Shown here piece after piece: positions 31,859-42,323 of a stretch of DNA of 64,000 nt. The notes below the pieces were generated by a model. That model made no database searches, had not been told where the DNA came from, and saw nothing but the letters and a program-made list of their open reading frames with translations. Source of the stretch: Candidatus Latescibacterota bacterium (lineage in GTDB: Bacteria > Latescibacterota > UBA2968 > UBA8231). The stretch spans positions 800,001 through 864,000 of the forward strand of contig CBDAOB010000004.1 in NCBI GenBank assembly GCA_965197905.1, read 5' to 3'. The position numbers and the translations under genes are program-made. Numbering within the stretch: position 1 is the first letter of the stretch; each line of letters starts with the position of its first letter.

Positions 31859-33388
31859 ATGAAACGCGTGTTGTTTGTCATCCTATCAGGTCTGGTGCTG
31901 CTGGGTGCCGTACTCCTGATCAGAACGCTGCGCTTCACAACCAGACAGTTTCAGGCTAATGCGCCGATTCAGGCCGCCCTCAATCGAGACCAGATTGCCG
32001 CGCATCTTTCAGGGGCCATCCGATTCAAGACCATTTCGTTCCTGGACGCGAAGCAATTCGATCACGAGGAATTTCTGGGTCTGCATCAGTATCTGGAACA
32101 GACGTTTCCTGTGGTTCACCAAACCTTGACGAAGGAAGCGGTCGGAGATTTCAGCCTTCTTTACACGTGGGCGGGAGATGAGCCGGCGGGGAAGCCCATT
32201 CTCCTCTATGCCCATATGGATGTTGTACCGGTCGAGGCCGCGAGGGAAGGCGATTGGACCTACCCGCCTTTTGAGGGACGTATCGCCGAGGGCTACATCT
32301 GGGGCCGGGGCGCCCTGGATGTCAAAGTTGGTGTTTTGGGCATCCTTGAGGCTGTGGAAACGTTATTGCGAAAAGGATTTCAGCCCCGACGTACGATTTA
32401 TCTCGCCTTCGGCCATGATGAGGAGACAGGGGGGAAAAGGGGTGCTGCCACGATTGCCACACGTTTGCATTCCAGGGGAATCGAACTCGAATGCGTACTC
32501 GACGAAGGTCTCGTCATCACGGACGGTATCTTGCCGGGTGTTTCCAGGCCAGTTGCTCTGGTCGGCATCGCGGAGAAAGGCAAGGTCAGTATCGAACTCA
32601 GTGTAGAAAGCAAAGGCGGGACCGCCGCAATGCCTCCCCCACATACCGCCGTTGGCATCCTTAGCACCGCGATTCACCACCTTGAGAGCCATCCATCCCC
32701 GTCAAGAATCGAGGGGCCCGTTCGTCAGATGTTCGAGTATGTGGGACCGGAAATGCCCTTTCTCACGCGCATGGCAGTGGCGAACCTCTGGTGTTTTGGC
32801 GGACTGCTCGAGCGACAGCTTGCCGTATCGCCGAGCACAAATGCTCTGATCTCAACTACTATGGCAGCGACGATGTTTTCGGCCGGCATCAAGGATAACG
32901 TATTGCCGAAATCTGCCCGGGCAGTCGTGAACGTTCGGATTTTGAGCGGCGACAGTATTGCGGGTGTTGTCGAACGTACTGACCGGATTATTGACGACCC
33001 ACGCGTGAACATTCGCCCTCTGGAGCACAGTGTCTTTGAACCATCCGACGTGTCGGACCTCGTGTCTCCGGGTTTTAAGATGCTTCAGCGGACAATCCAT
33101 CAGGTCTTTCCAGACGTGATTGTCGCTCCCTCGCTGCTCATAGGAAGGACCGACTCCAGATATTTCGCCCCACTGACCCGCAACATCTATCGGTTCGTTC
33201 CGATGCGGCTCAACGTCGAGGATCTCCAGAGAATTCACGGTCGTGACGAACGCATCTCCCTCGATAACTACGAGGAGATCGTGAGGTTTTACATGCAGCT
33301 GATTCACAATTCTTCCTTCGATGTGCAGTTCGCCACGCAATCTGCCGTGCGCGTAATCGGCACCGTTAGGCAGCGCGAAAACGGATGA
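31859..33388 (+). CDS. M20 peptidase/amidohydrolase (PM20D1/carboxypeptidase S-like)
   Basis: N-terminal TM, AHMDVVP, GRGALD, GHDEE, LDEG, TDSRYF, IHG. Confidence 0.92.
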   Translation: MKRVLFVILSGLVLLGAVLLIRTLRFTTRQFQANAPIQAALNRDQIAAHLSGAIRFKTISFLDAKQFDHEEFLGLHQYLEQTFPVVHQTLTKEAVGDFSLLYTWAGDEPAGKPILLYAHMDVVPVEAAREGDWTYPPFEGRIAEGYIWGRGALDVKVGVLGILEAVETLLRKGFQPRRTIYLAFGHDEETGGKRGAATIATRLHSRGIELECVLDEGLVITDGILPGVSRPVALVGIAEKGKVSIELSVESKGGTAAMPPPHTAVGILSTAIHHLESHPSPSRIEGPVRQMFEYVGPEMPFLTRMAVANLWCFGGLLERQLAVSPSTNALISTTMAATMFSAGIKDNVLPKSARAVVNVRILSGDSIAGVVERTDRIIDDPRVNIRPLEHSVFEPSDVSDLVSPGFKMLQRTIHQVFPDVIVAPSLLIGRTDSRYFAPLTRNIYRFVPMRLNVEDLQRIHGRDERISLDNYEEIVRFYMQLIHNSSFDVQFATQSAVRVIGTVRQRENG

Positions 33389-33397
33389 GGTCCCGAA

Positions 33398-34489
33398 ATG
33401 ACCAGAACCTTCTCGTCGTGGGTCCTAGAAGCTGCGGCTTTGCGGACGGCCTTTGCTCAGATCCGCGAGGATCCCCTGCTCGACCTCTGGGTGGTCAACC
33501 AGTTTGTCAGCGACGCGCGCGTGATCATGATCGCATCCGGTGGCTGTACGGCAGCACTCTTGGCCTCAGCACCGAAAGTCGCCCGGCTACACTTGGTCGA
33601 TCCCAATCCTGCGCAGTTGGCCCTGTCGCGGCTCAAGCTCCGGCTGCTGCAGACAACCGATCCCGCAACACGCCTAGCCTTGCTGGGTCACGCTCCGATG
33701 CCCGCTGCAGAAAGACAGGCACGCCTGGAGGCAGAGTTGGCGGCGCTCAGTCTGCCAACCGACGCGCTAGGGACGGTGGCTTACGTAGCCCGGGTTGGCC
33801 CCGACCACGCGGGACGCTACGAATGCGTCTTCGCCGCCGTCCGAAAGGCACTGAGCGGCTCCGCCGAAGATCTCGAAGCTGTGCTCAGACTGTACGATCC
33901 GGCCGAGCAGCAACGCCGGGTCGCACCGTCAACCGCGTTGGGCCGCCAGCTCGACGAAGCCCTCGACACGGTTATGGCGCTGCCCAACCTGGTTCGACTG
34001 TTTGGCGAGGAGGCGACCAAGAATCCGGTCGAGCCCTTCTCTCGTCATTTCGCCCGCCGCCTCCGCTACGTCCTGGCCGCGCTTCCCGCCGACCGCAATC
34101 CCTACCTGTGGCAGATGCTCAAGGGATGTTATCCAGACGGTAGCGCGTCCCCGTGGCTGACCGTACCGGTGCCCTCCCAGATGTCGCAGGTCACGTGGTC
34201 GGTCAGGCTCATGGCTGAGGCGCTGGAGGCGGCACCGGTTTCGTTCGACTTCGTTCACTTGTCGAACATCCTGGATTGGCTCTCGCCGGAGAAGGCCCGG
34301 GCTACACTAGAGTTGGCATGGGGGGCACTACGACCCGGCGGATGGACGCTCATCCGTCAACTCAACTCGGTTCTTGATATCCCGGGCTTGGGGCGCAGGT
34401 TCAACTGGCACACTGCAGAGGCGAATGATCTGCATGCCCGCGACCGCAGCTTCTTTTATCGGGCATTGCACCTGGGGAGCAAGTCATGA
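33398..34489 (+). CDS. DUF3419 (BtaA-like) SAM-dependent transferase
   Basis: FAQIREDP, IASGGC, VDPNPAQ, LSNILDW and DRSFFY match the BtaA/DUF3419 pattern. Confidence 0.8.
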   Translation: MTRTFSSWVLEAAALRTAFAQIREDPLLDLWVVNQFVSDARVIMIASGGCTAALLASAPKVARLHLVDPNPAQLALSRLKLRLLQTTDPATRLALLGHAPMPAAERQARLEAELAALSLPTDALGTVAYVARVGPDHAGRYECVFAAVRKALSGSAEDLEAVLRLYDPAEQQRRVAPSTALGRQLDEALDTVMALPNLVRLFGEEATKNPVEPFSRHFARRLRYVLAALPADRNPYLWQMLKGCYPDGSASPWLTVPVPSQMSQVTWSVRLMAEALEAAPVSFDFVHLSNILDWLSPEKARATLELAWGALRPGGWTLIRQLNSVLDIPGLGRRFNWHTAEANDLHARDRSFFYRALHLGSKS

Positions 34490-35435
34490 TCGTCCATGAG
34501 TTGCGGACGGCGCCTCCGCCGGAGCTAGCCAAAGCCTTGGATCGTTTCGAGGAGCAGTTCCACTATCCGCTTGGCCCCGATCGGTTTTTTCATATCAACC
34601 ACGGGGAGGACTATCCGCGTTTTTTCCGCGCAATGGGCGAAGGGGCATGCTTCGTGGCCGAGAGGGAGGGGAGAATTCTGGGTGTCATGGGTGCAGCCCT
34701 TCGGCGCCTTGTCCTGCCAGGAGGAGAGGAACGCTCGGTAGTCTACCTTGGTGACATGAAAATCGATCCTGCAGGACGCGGTGGCAGGACGCTCCTCCGG
34801 TTGGTGGGGGCGGTGCGGCAGTGGGTAGGAGCACGGGCGGAAGCGGCCTTTGCCGTCGTGATGGACGGCACTCCCGCCACACCGACCCGCTACACGGGAC
34901 GTCTTGGGATTCCGCTCTTTTCAGAGCTCGGAAAGATCATGGTCCTGCGTTTGCCTACTTCGGGAATCCAGGTTCATTCCGATCATGGCTGGTTGACGAC
35001 CGGGGAATGCGGCGGTATCTGCTACTCGCGCCTGAGCGCGGGCGGGTACGCTTGTCCCGTCGGCAACCCAGCCGAGCGCTCCGAGATGGAGCCTGCCTGG
35101 CTCATGGAACCCGGAGGCCGGGCCTGCGGCCAGCTGGAAGACACGCGCCGAGCCAAGCGGCTGATCGCCGACGACGGGGCCGAGATGCGGAGCGCCCGCA
35201 TCTGTCTTGCTTCGCCTACCAAGACTGGAGTGCCGGCGTCAAGTTGCTGCAGGTTGCACTCCGGCGTGCCGTCAGCCGGAGCTTTCCCGACCTGTTCGTA
35301 GCCGTTCCCGCCCGGGAAGCGAAGGTATTCTGCCAAGCACTGGAGGAGATGGAAGTCGTTGTAGCGCCCGCGACGGTTTTCGGCACAGGGCTGGAGCCCG
35401 GGCTCCTTTGGAACATCAACACCGCGGAGATCTAA
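34486..35435 (+). CDS. GNAT-fold N-acyltransferase, frameshift near 35200
   Basis: YLGDMKIDPAGRGG (acyl-CoA motif A). ATGA overlap with the upstream gene. Ends NINTAEI in the second frame. Confidence 0.72.
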
Positions 35436-35438
35436 GCC

Positions 35439-36116
35439 ATGAGTCAACCGAGCCGAGCACCACACGTCACTACCTGCGCCGATGCCGTCCTCAAGCGCAT
35501 CGAAATCCTGCACAACCCCTACCTCGACGCCTTAGAGGACGGCACGATGACTCTGGATTGCTTCCGCCGAACGCAAGAACAGTTCTTCTTCGCGGTGACG
35601 TTCTTCCCCCGCCCGATGGCGGTCCTGGTCGGTCGCATTCCGGATCCGCGGCATCGCCTCGACATCCTGCATAACCTGGTTGAGGAGCACGGCGAGTTCG
35701 AGGAGCAGGCCTTTCATCACACCACATTCCAGCAATTCCTATGCACCATCGGCAGCCAACCGGAGAAGCTCGACGACCTCGGCCCCTGGCCGGCGCTGCG
35801 TGCGTTCAACAGCGTCTTGACCGCTTCCTGTGTAATGGACGAGCTGGAGGTTGGCGTCGCCTGCATGGGGATTGTCGAGTACGCCTTCGCCGGCATTTCC
35901 GCTGTTATCGGCAAGGCGGTGGTGCAGCGCGGATGGGTATCCGAAGAGCGGCTCGTTCACTACAAACTGCACGCCGAGATCGATGAGCGTCACGCCGAGG
36001 AGTTCTTCGCCGTTATCGAGCCACCATGGGACGACGAGCGCCGCCGTTACTTCCGCACCGGCCGGGTCGGCCAATTGATTAGCTGCCTAAAGAGGAGACC
36101 AATTCTTGCTGCCTGA
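35439..36116 (+). CDS. Heme-oxygenase-like diiron enzyme (PqqC/TenA/CADD-like); C-terminus possibly truncated
   Basis: NLVEEHG...FHH, IVE and HYKLHAEIDERH fit the HDO E-H-E-H-D-H ligand pattern. Confidence 0.8.
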   Translation: MSQPSRAPHVTTCADAVLKRIEILHNPYLDALEDGTMTLDCFRRTQEQFFFAVTFFPRPMAVLVGRIPDPRHRLDILHNLVEEHGEFEEQAFHHTTFQQFLCTIGSQPEKLDDLGPWPALRAFNSVLTASCVMDELEVGVACMGIVEYAFAGISAVIGKAVVQRGWVSEERLVHYKLHAEIDERHAEEFFAVIEPPWDDERRRYFRTGRVGQLISCLKRRPILAA

Positions 36117-37029
36117 CCTACTCATCACCCTGCTTTGCGCCGAAGTTCTATGCCGATTCGAGGCTCTAGGCGTCCCATGGAAGGCTGACAGCCTAGGGCG
36201 CCGGAGAACACTGAATCGTCGACTGCCCGGTTCTGTCCGAAGAGTTCTCTGTCTTGGCGCTTCACACACTTTCGGAGCGCGAGTCAAAGAGGCCCGTTCC
36301 TATCCCTCGCAACTCGAAAGACTGCTCAAGACCCAGACAGAGCGAATCCATGTGCTGAACGCTGGAATCTCTGGGCACACCTCTGTTCAGACCTTGGCGC
36401 GAGTGGACAGAGACGCCTTGGCTTTCCGCCCTGACGTTGTCGTGCTTTGGGTGGGCACAAACGATGGAATGTTGAAGAGCCGACCTGACCCCAAAAGCGG
36501 TGCTCGCCCATTTGATGCACCTCCTTTGGCAACGAGGTCTGCACTGTTGACGACATTGGATTCTCTTCCTCCCGTCATGTATTTGACCAGCGTCCTTGGC
36601 AGGCCAAGTGCTGCTCCGCAGGATCTGTTACCTCGGGTGGATTTACAGGAGTTCTCGGCAACCTACGATAGAATCTTGAAAAGACTCAGTGCCCCATCCG
36701 AAGCACGAATCGTTGTGCTCAAGATTCCCAGGGTCCCCGATCACTTCAAGCGCGCGCCAGAGCAATTGGTGGTGGCGCAAAGGAAGATGCATGCGGAATA
36801 CAACTTGGTGATCTCCCGCCTGTGCAAGCGACACAGCGTTCCTCTCATTACACCGGATGACTTCCTGAAAGCAGACTGCTACTTGAACGATGGCCTCCAC
36901 TTGAACCGAGAAGGAAACGCACCTGTAGCACGAGCGGTTCGCGATGTTTTGTTATCTGGGCCAACGCCGATACTATCGACGACGCCCGAACAAGACGCTG
37001 CAACGGACGCGGACAACCCGCGCCACTGA
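36106..37029 (+). CDS. SGNH/GDSL hydrolase; N-terminus probably degraded
   Basis: LGASHTFG, NAGISG, GTND, DGLH. Confidence 0.75.
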   Translation: MLPDLLITLLCAEVLCRFEALGVPWKADSLGRRRTLNRRLPGSVRRVLCLGASHTFGARVKEARSYPSQLERLLKTQTERIHVLNAGISGHTSVQTLARVDRDALAFRPDVVVLWVGTNDGMLKSRPDPKSGARPFDAPPLATRSALLTTLDSLPPVMYLTSVLGRPSAAPQDLLPRVDLQEFSATYDRILKRLSAPSEARIVVLKIPRVPDHFKRAPEQLVVAQRKMHAEYNLVISRLCKRHSVPLITPDDFLKADCYLNDGLHLNREGNAPVARAVRDVLLSGPTPILSTTPEQDAATDADNPRH

Positions 37030-37095
37030 GCTTCGCGCTCCGAGATCGAGAACTCTGGTGGTACCGGGAACGCTCGCAAAAGACAAGGTTAAAGC

Positions 37096-40000
37096 ATGAT
37101 CAAAGAATACGACCATTACGACGCCATTGGTTTGGCGGATCTCATTAAAAAAGGTGAAATCTCTGCTGGGGAGGCCGTCGGCTCGGCAATTGAAAAAATT
37201 GAGGAGCTCGACGAAAAAATCAATTCGGTAGTCTTGAAAATGTATGACCATGCAAAATGGAAGATTGATCAAACTTCAAAAGCCTCCCCCTTATTTGGTG
37301 TTCCATTTTTAATTAAAGATTTGGGGATCAATTACAAGGGGTTTCCATCAACAGGTTCTTGTCGGTTCACGCGCGACTACACTCCCGACACCACCTCAAA
37401 TATGATGGAGAGATTTTTAGAAGCAGGGTTGATCCCATTGGGAAAAACAAATACGCCTGAAATGGGAATCATGGGTGTCACGGAACCCGAAATGCGGGGA
37501 CCTTGCCACAACCCTTGGAATCTGGACTACACTTCTGGCGGCTCAAGCGGTGGAAGCGCAGCAGCCGTGGCAGCAAGAATGGTCCCGTTGGCTCAAGGGG
37601 GAGACGGAGGTGGATCCATTCGAATTCCAGCTTCGGCTTGTGGACTTGTGGGTCTCAAACCCTCGCGTGGGCGAACGCCCTTTGGTCCCGACGCCAATGA
37701 ATCCTGGATGGGGCTTGTGGTTCAACATGTTTTAACCCCGCTCGGTTCGCGATTCGGCACTTCTGCTCGATTTGACGAAAGGAGCAGACGAAGGGGCCGC
37801 TTATACAGCTCCTGAGACACCCGGCACGTATTTGGAGAGACTCCATCATGACCCAAAGAAAGGGTGTAGCCTCGTTTTTACGCTGCCCTTTTCAGGGTTG
37901 TTATGGGTGTGGTCTGCTGGAGATACCAGTTCCAGAAAGCATCCCATCGTTTCGATTGCACCTGGACTCGTAGGTTGAGGATCTGCTGACCTCCGTGGCG
38001 GGTCCATCGCATGCCGCTGCGTTTGAGTCGGTGGCCGACGATGGTCTTGGCGGCGGCCTCCACAGGGCCACTGGAGATGATCAAGCCCGAGGCGTGATAG
38101 CCAGCGTATTCCATTTTGTCCCGGTTGTTGCGAAAGTAGCCCATTTCGGTGGTCGCCTGGCGATAACGGTCCGATCGTCTTCGGAGTTTGCGACGGTGGT
38201 AGGAAAAAGAGCGGATCAAGCCCGCCACGGCGTTGGGTGTATGGCGCAGTTTGTGCCGCCAGGATCGATACCAGCGATCCGCCTTCGCCGACTTTTTGCC
38301 GAAAAGGTGCTCCGCCGCCATCGACAGATGCTGCGCCGCGTGATAGAAGTCCAGAATGCGGGTGAAACCCTCGAACACACCATGCTCGTCGACGATGCGC
38401 CAGATCTCTCGTTTGCCGTCGGCCAAAACGACACGATGGTCGTAGCCACCCTGCTGCAACGCCCGGGCCGTCTGCTCCACCAGGCCGTTGACCAGGGTCG
38501 TCATCTTCGCTTCCGGCATACGCGCGGCATAGCGCACATCGACTCGTTCCGGCTCTTCGACCTCTGGATCCAGCGGCGTCAGGTAGGTGGCGACCATGCC
38601 CACACCCGCCTCCTTCCAGGCGGTGGGCGTGGTGTCGGTGGCCGCCATCGGTCGCTCGGCCGGACGTCCGCGCTTGGGCGCTGGCTCTCGCAGGGGGACG
38701 GTGACGCCGTCCCAGCTCACAACGAGCGTGTCGCCCTCGGCGTCCAGCGGCGCCGCGCCTTGCAAGGCCAGCTCGAGCTGTTCGGAATCGGCACACTGTC
38801 CGACGGTGGTCAATACGTGCTGGATAGCCGTACGCGATGGCGGCTCCGGCAGCACTTCACCCAAGCTGTCCTCGACTTCGGCCGGGACCAACCGGGCGCC
38901 CAAAAACGCCGTTCCAACTCCGGCACCATGAATCGATTCACCATGCCGCAACGCTCATCCAACCCGGCTCGGTCCGCCATGGTCTTCCTGATACAGCCGA
39001 CGTGGCACTACGACCTTGCCCCACAGACTCATCCACTCCTTGTCGACCATTTGCTTGAAGCGGTACAGCCGACCGTCGTTACCCAACGTGTCGGAGGCGA
39101 CCTCACAGGCGTGCGCCAATCGCAGGAAACCGGTCCGACCGATCTCATTAGCAGCTCGCAGCTCGTTCATCGCCAGGCGAAACGCTGCCGGTCCTCCTTG
39201 TTCGGATCAGCCGGTTTTCCCACTGCAGGACATTCTCCTGCAATTTCGTCACACACGCGCTCAGATCCTGCGTATTTTCCATCTGGGACCTCCTTCCGGG
39301 TTTGGGCGTATGTCCTTACACCCAAAGTACATTCGTGCCTGGAATTGGGGTCCCGCTTTTTATGCACAAATACGTAAATCAGAACCTACACCCCAAAGAA
39401 ATTAAGGATCGCTTTTTCGTTTGAATCTATCTACGGAAAAGAAACTCACCCTGTTTGCCGGAAAGCCTTAGAGAATCTGTTCAACTCTGCGAGCACCTCG
39501 GTCACGAAGTCATTGAAGCGCACCCGCAATACGACAAGCAACGCATGGTGGAATCCTATCTAACGATCGTGGCATGCACGCAAAGGGAGTTAGAGGATGC
39601 CTCATATTTACTGAATAAACCTTTGAAGGCTTCTGAGTTTGAACTCTTAACATGGTTTTTGTATCTCGCCGGGAAAAGCCTAAAGGCTGAGGACCTTACG
39701 AGTGCAATCGGATCCATGCGTGACGCTAGCCTCATCTTAGGGAAGTTTTTTCAAGAATATGATCTTTTCATGACGCCCACCCTAGCCCATCCTCCTAGTC
39801 CCATTGGGTTGATGGATCTTAAGGTTCATGAAGTTGTCGCCATCAACGCTGCGAAGCTTGCACCCAAACGAATACTCATGAAGAAAATGCTAAAACAAAT
39901 GGCGGAAACAGGACTTGAAAGAACACCCAATACCCAGCTTTTCAATCAATCAGGTTCTCCCGCCATTTCCCTACCGCTCTATCATGATGAGCCATCTCAA

Positions 40001-40120
40001 CTCCCCATCGGTATTCAGTTTGCTTCGGCTTACGGAAGAGAAGACCGACTCTTTGAGATAGCTGGTCAACTTGAATGCGCCCGGCCTTGGGCCGATCGAA
40101 AACCTCGCTTTTCGAATTAG
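37096..40120 (+). pseudogene. Amidase-signature protein interrupted by an IS
   Basis: GGSSGGSAAAVA and [11 protein letters not shown] in the 5' half; PAISLP...LPIGIQF in the 3' half. Additional frameshifts. Visibly AT-richer than its surroundings. Confidence 0.9.
37862..39393 (-). mobile_element. ISKra4/ISLre2-like IS, copy 2 with both ends
   Basis: Ends GGGTGTAG...CTACACCC. 8-bp target duplication CAAAGAAA (37854-37861, 39394-39401). Transposase motifs SWDG, LADG, LDFYHA, SGPVEAA, RSGMRW; 5' part frameshifted. Confidence 0.9.
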
Positions 40121-40393
40121 ATCTCGAAAAATTTTCGGGATATAATTCGTCCAAGATGGACCTCATGAAGAAGAGTTTTTCAGGCGGTTTGACCTGCCCC
40201 CACGTTAGGACCATACGCAAGGAGAGTTTCGTGATGATTTATTGTTTCTTTGTGCTGTTGCTGCTTCATGCACTGACACGCTCTTGCTTGCCGTTCCTAA
40301 TTAGCAAACGGTTAGGTAGAAGCGACATGATCGAGGCGAGGCGATCTATGACTTATCCTATTGTTATTGATCAAGTAGAAGTACCCCGTTCTC

Positions 40394-40693
40394 TCATTCG
40401 ACCCAGTAGGAGTAGAGCTGCGCGCGCCGGGCTCGAAAGCGCAGCGACACGGAGCGGCCTTCGATACCTGCCCACGAGCCGTTCTTCCATTCGAACGCAC
40501 CGCGCAGTTGGTCCCCTTCGAGCGGATGGGACAAAGCCAGTACGGTTCCCGCTTCGTCCAGCACTTCCACAGCCAGCGAACCCGGCGCATTGAGATTCGC
40601 GCAAAGGGTGGTTCCCGCCGCTTCGAATGCCGAAGTAACCAGGACACCTTCCTCCTCGCCGATGGGAACCGCGAAGGCGGTCTGTTGACTCAT
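40394..40693 (-). pseudogene. Collapsed (head+tail, in-frame) family P gene
   Basis: RBS and MSQQTAFAVPIGE fused to EEGVLVT...RAQLYSYWVE. Paralogues have [G/S/N]xRQLF at the head and AGxxEG at the tail. Confidence 0.8.
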
Positions 40694-40724
40694 AGCTCAG
40701 TTCCTATGGCGGCATCGTCCTGGC

Positions 40725-42311
40725 TCAATGGGGCGCCGGCTCCGTCACCGCGTCGAACCAGTAGGAGTAGATGGACGCCTTGCTCGCCGTGAAGCGCAGC
40801 TGCACCGGCCGATTGACCGCCGCGGCCAGATCGCCGCTTTTCCACTGCACCGGATAGCGTAGATGATTGCCCTTGATCGGTTCCGATGCCGCGATCGAGC
40901 TGCCCGACTCGTCCAGCACCTCCACCTCCACCGAACCGGCGGCCGCGTCGAGATTGGCGAACAGCCACGGGCTCTGCATTAGGAACGAATCGGTCAACAC
41001 TGACCCTTCCGTGCCGTCGGCATCGAGGGAAACGAACCCGTCTCGCCTGAGCACCGCGCGGCAGACGCCCGTAGTCCGAGGATTGTCATCCTCGTGAGGC
41101 GAGCGATACTTGCCGCCGTAGTAGTAGAACCACAGCTCGCCGTTCATCTGCACCGGGCGCGAAGGCGACATGATCTGGCTCAGATCGTAATGTCCCGTGT
41201 CGATGGCCGACGGGGTTATGAATGCCGCCCGCTCTGCAACCCTGCTCCAGTTGTAGAGATCCCGGCTGCTGGCAAGTTGCACGATGTGGAAGCCATCGGA
41301 GTTCTCGTTCACGTCCCCGGTATGATGAAAGAACGCCGCCATGCCAATGTAGAGACCCTCATAGCGGAACACCCCCATATTGTAGACGTCGACGAAATAC
41401 TCTTCGGGGACGTTGTAGATTGGCTGCACCATCTGCGGATTGGCCAGGCGCTCGGCGATGTGCTCTCTGGCCAGCTCCTGGTCCCTGTCGTCGGCATGAA
41501 AGACCAGCTCCGGCTGGCTCCAGTGCTCGAAGTCCTTGCTGGTGGCCAGCGCGATCGAACGACCGCGGCGTCCCATCTCCCCTTCCTTCAGCGCGGCGAT
41601 GTAGGTCCGGGTCACCTCGTCGAAGCTCAGGTGGCCCGTATCCCCCGTGGGCAGGCCGGGACGGTCCAGGGCACGCCAGTGAATCCCATCGTGGCTGACC
41701 GTAAGGTCGTGCGTCTGGAAGCAGCCCCTGCCTTCGAAGCGCTCGTCCGCCGGCGCGTTCTCCCGCTGCTCAACCTGGATCACCCAGCTCAACTGATACT
41801 GACGCGGATCGTTGAGCACGTGGCCACGATGGTAAGCCAGGCGCCACGGGTTGTGGTCCAGCTTCCAATGCTGGGCGATGGGGCTCACCACTCGTTCCAT
41901 GGCGCCGCGGAGATGAATGCTCTTGTAGCGGCGGGAGGCGTCCGGGTCATGAGGATCGAAGATTACATGGTAACCGCAAGGTCCGGCCACCAGATTGTTC
42001 TCCAGCGAACCCCTGTGCTCCGTGCAGCGTAGGCGCGGTCGCTCCCAGTCGACGCCGTCTTCGCTCTCGAACAGCGCCGTGCCGCCATCTACCGTCACCC
42101 AGACCCGAAAACAGTGGGCGATCGGGTCCCACGTTGGCGCGCCACCGATCATCAGACTGGTTTCGTGCGGATAGTCGAGCTCGATTACCGCACCTTTCTT
42201 CTCGGGCGGATGCAGGACACGTTCGAGGTTCTGGATCGTAGCGACCCCGTGATCGTCGAGAAAGAGCTGGCGCTGACCGAGCAGAATTTGGAACGGTTTT
42301 GCCGTCATCAT
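40725..42311 (-). CDS. Family P GH-like beta-propeller protein
   Basis: RQLFLDD, ESEDGVDWERP, LRRDGFVSL, IYSYWFD. Confidence 0.85.
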   Translation of the reverse strand: MMTAKPFQILLGQRQLFLDDHGVATIQNLERVLHPPEKKGAVIELDYPHETSLMIGGAPTWDPIAHCFRVWVTVDGGTALFESEDGVDWERPRLRCTEHRGSLENNLVAGPCGYHVIFDPHDPDASRRYKSIHLRGAMERVVSPIAQHWKLDHNPWRLAYHRGHVLNDPRQYQLSWVIQVEQRENAPADERFEGRGCFQTHDLTVSHDGIHWRALDRPGLPTGDTGHLSFDEVTRTYIAALKEGEMGRRGRSIALATSKDFEHWSQPELVFHADDRDQELAREHIAERLANPQMVQPIYNVPEEYFVDVYNMGVFRYEGLYIGMAAFFHHTGDVNENSDGFHIVQLASSRDLYNWSRVAERAAFITPSAIDTGHYDLSQIMSPSRPVQMNGELWFYYYGGKYRSPHEDDNPRTTGVCRAVLRRDGFVSLDADGTEGSVLTDSFLMQSPWLFANLDAAAGSVEVEVLDESGSSIAASEPIKGNHLRYPVQWKSGDLAAAVNRPVQLRFTASKASIYSYWFDAVTEPAPH

Positions 42312-42323
42312 GTCAGCCTACTC

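Noticed and set aside
33398..34489. Calling this gene btaA of DGTS betaine-lipid synthesis
   Set aside because: No btaB neighbour and a different gene context; only family-level similarity is supported.
40190..40330. GTTAGG motifs as attC core sites
   Set aside because: No matching inverse core or hairpin; such short motifs occur by chance.
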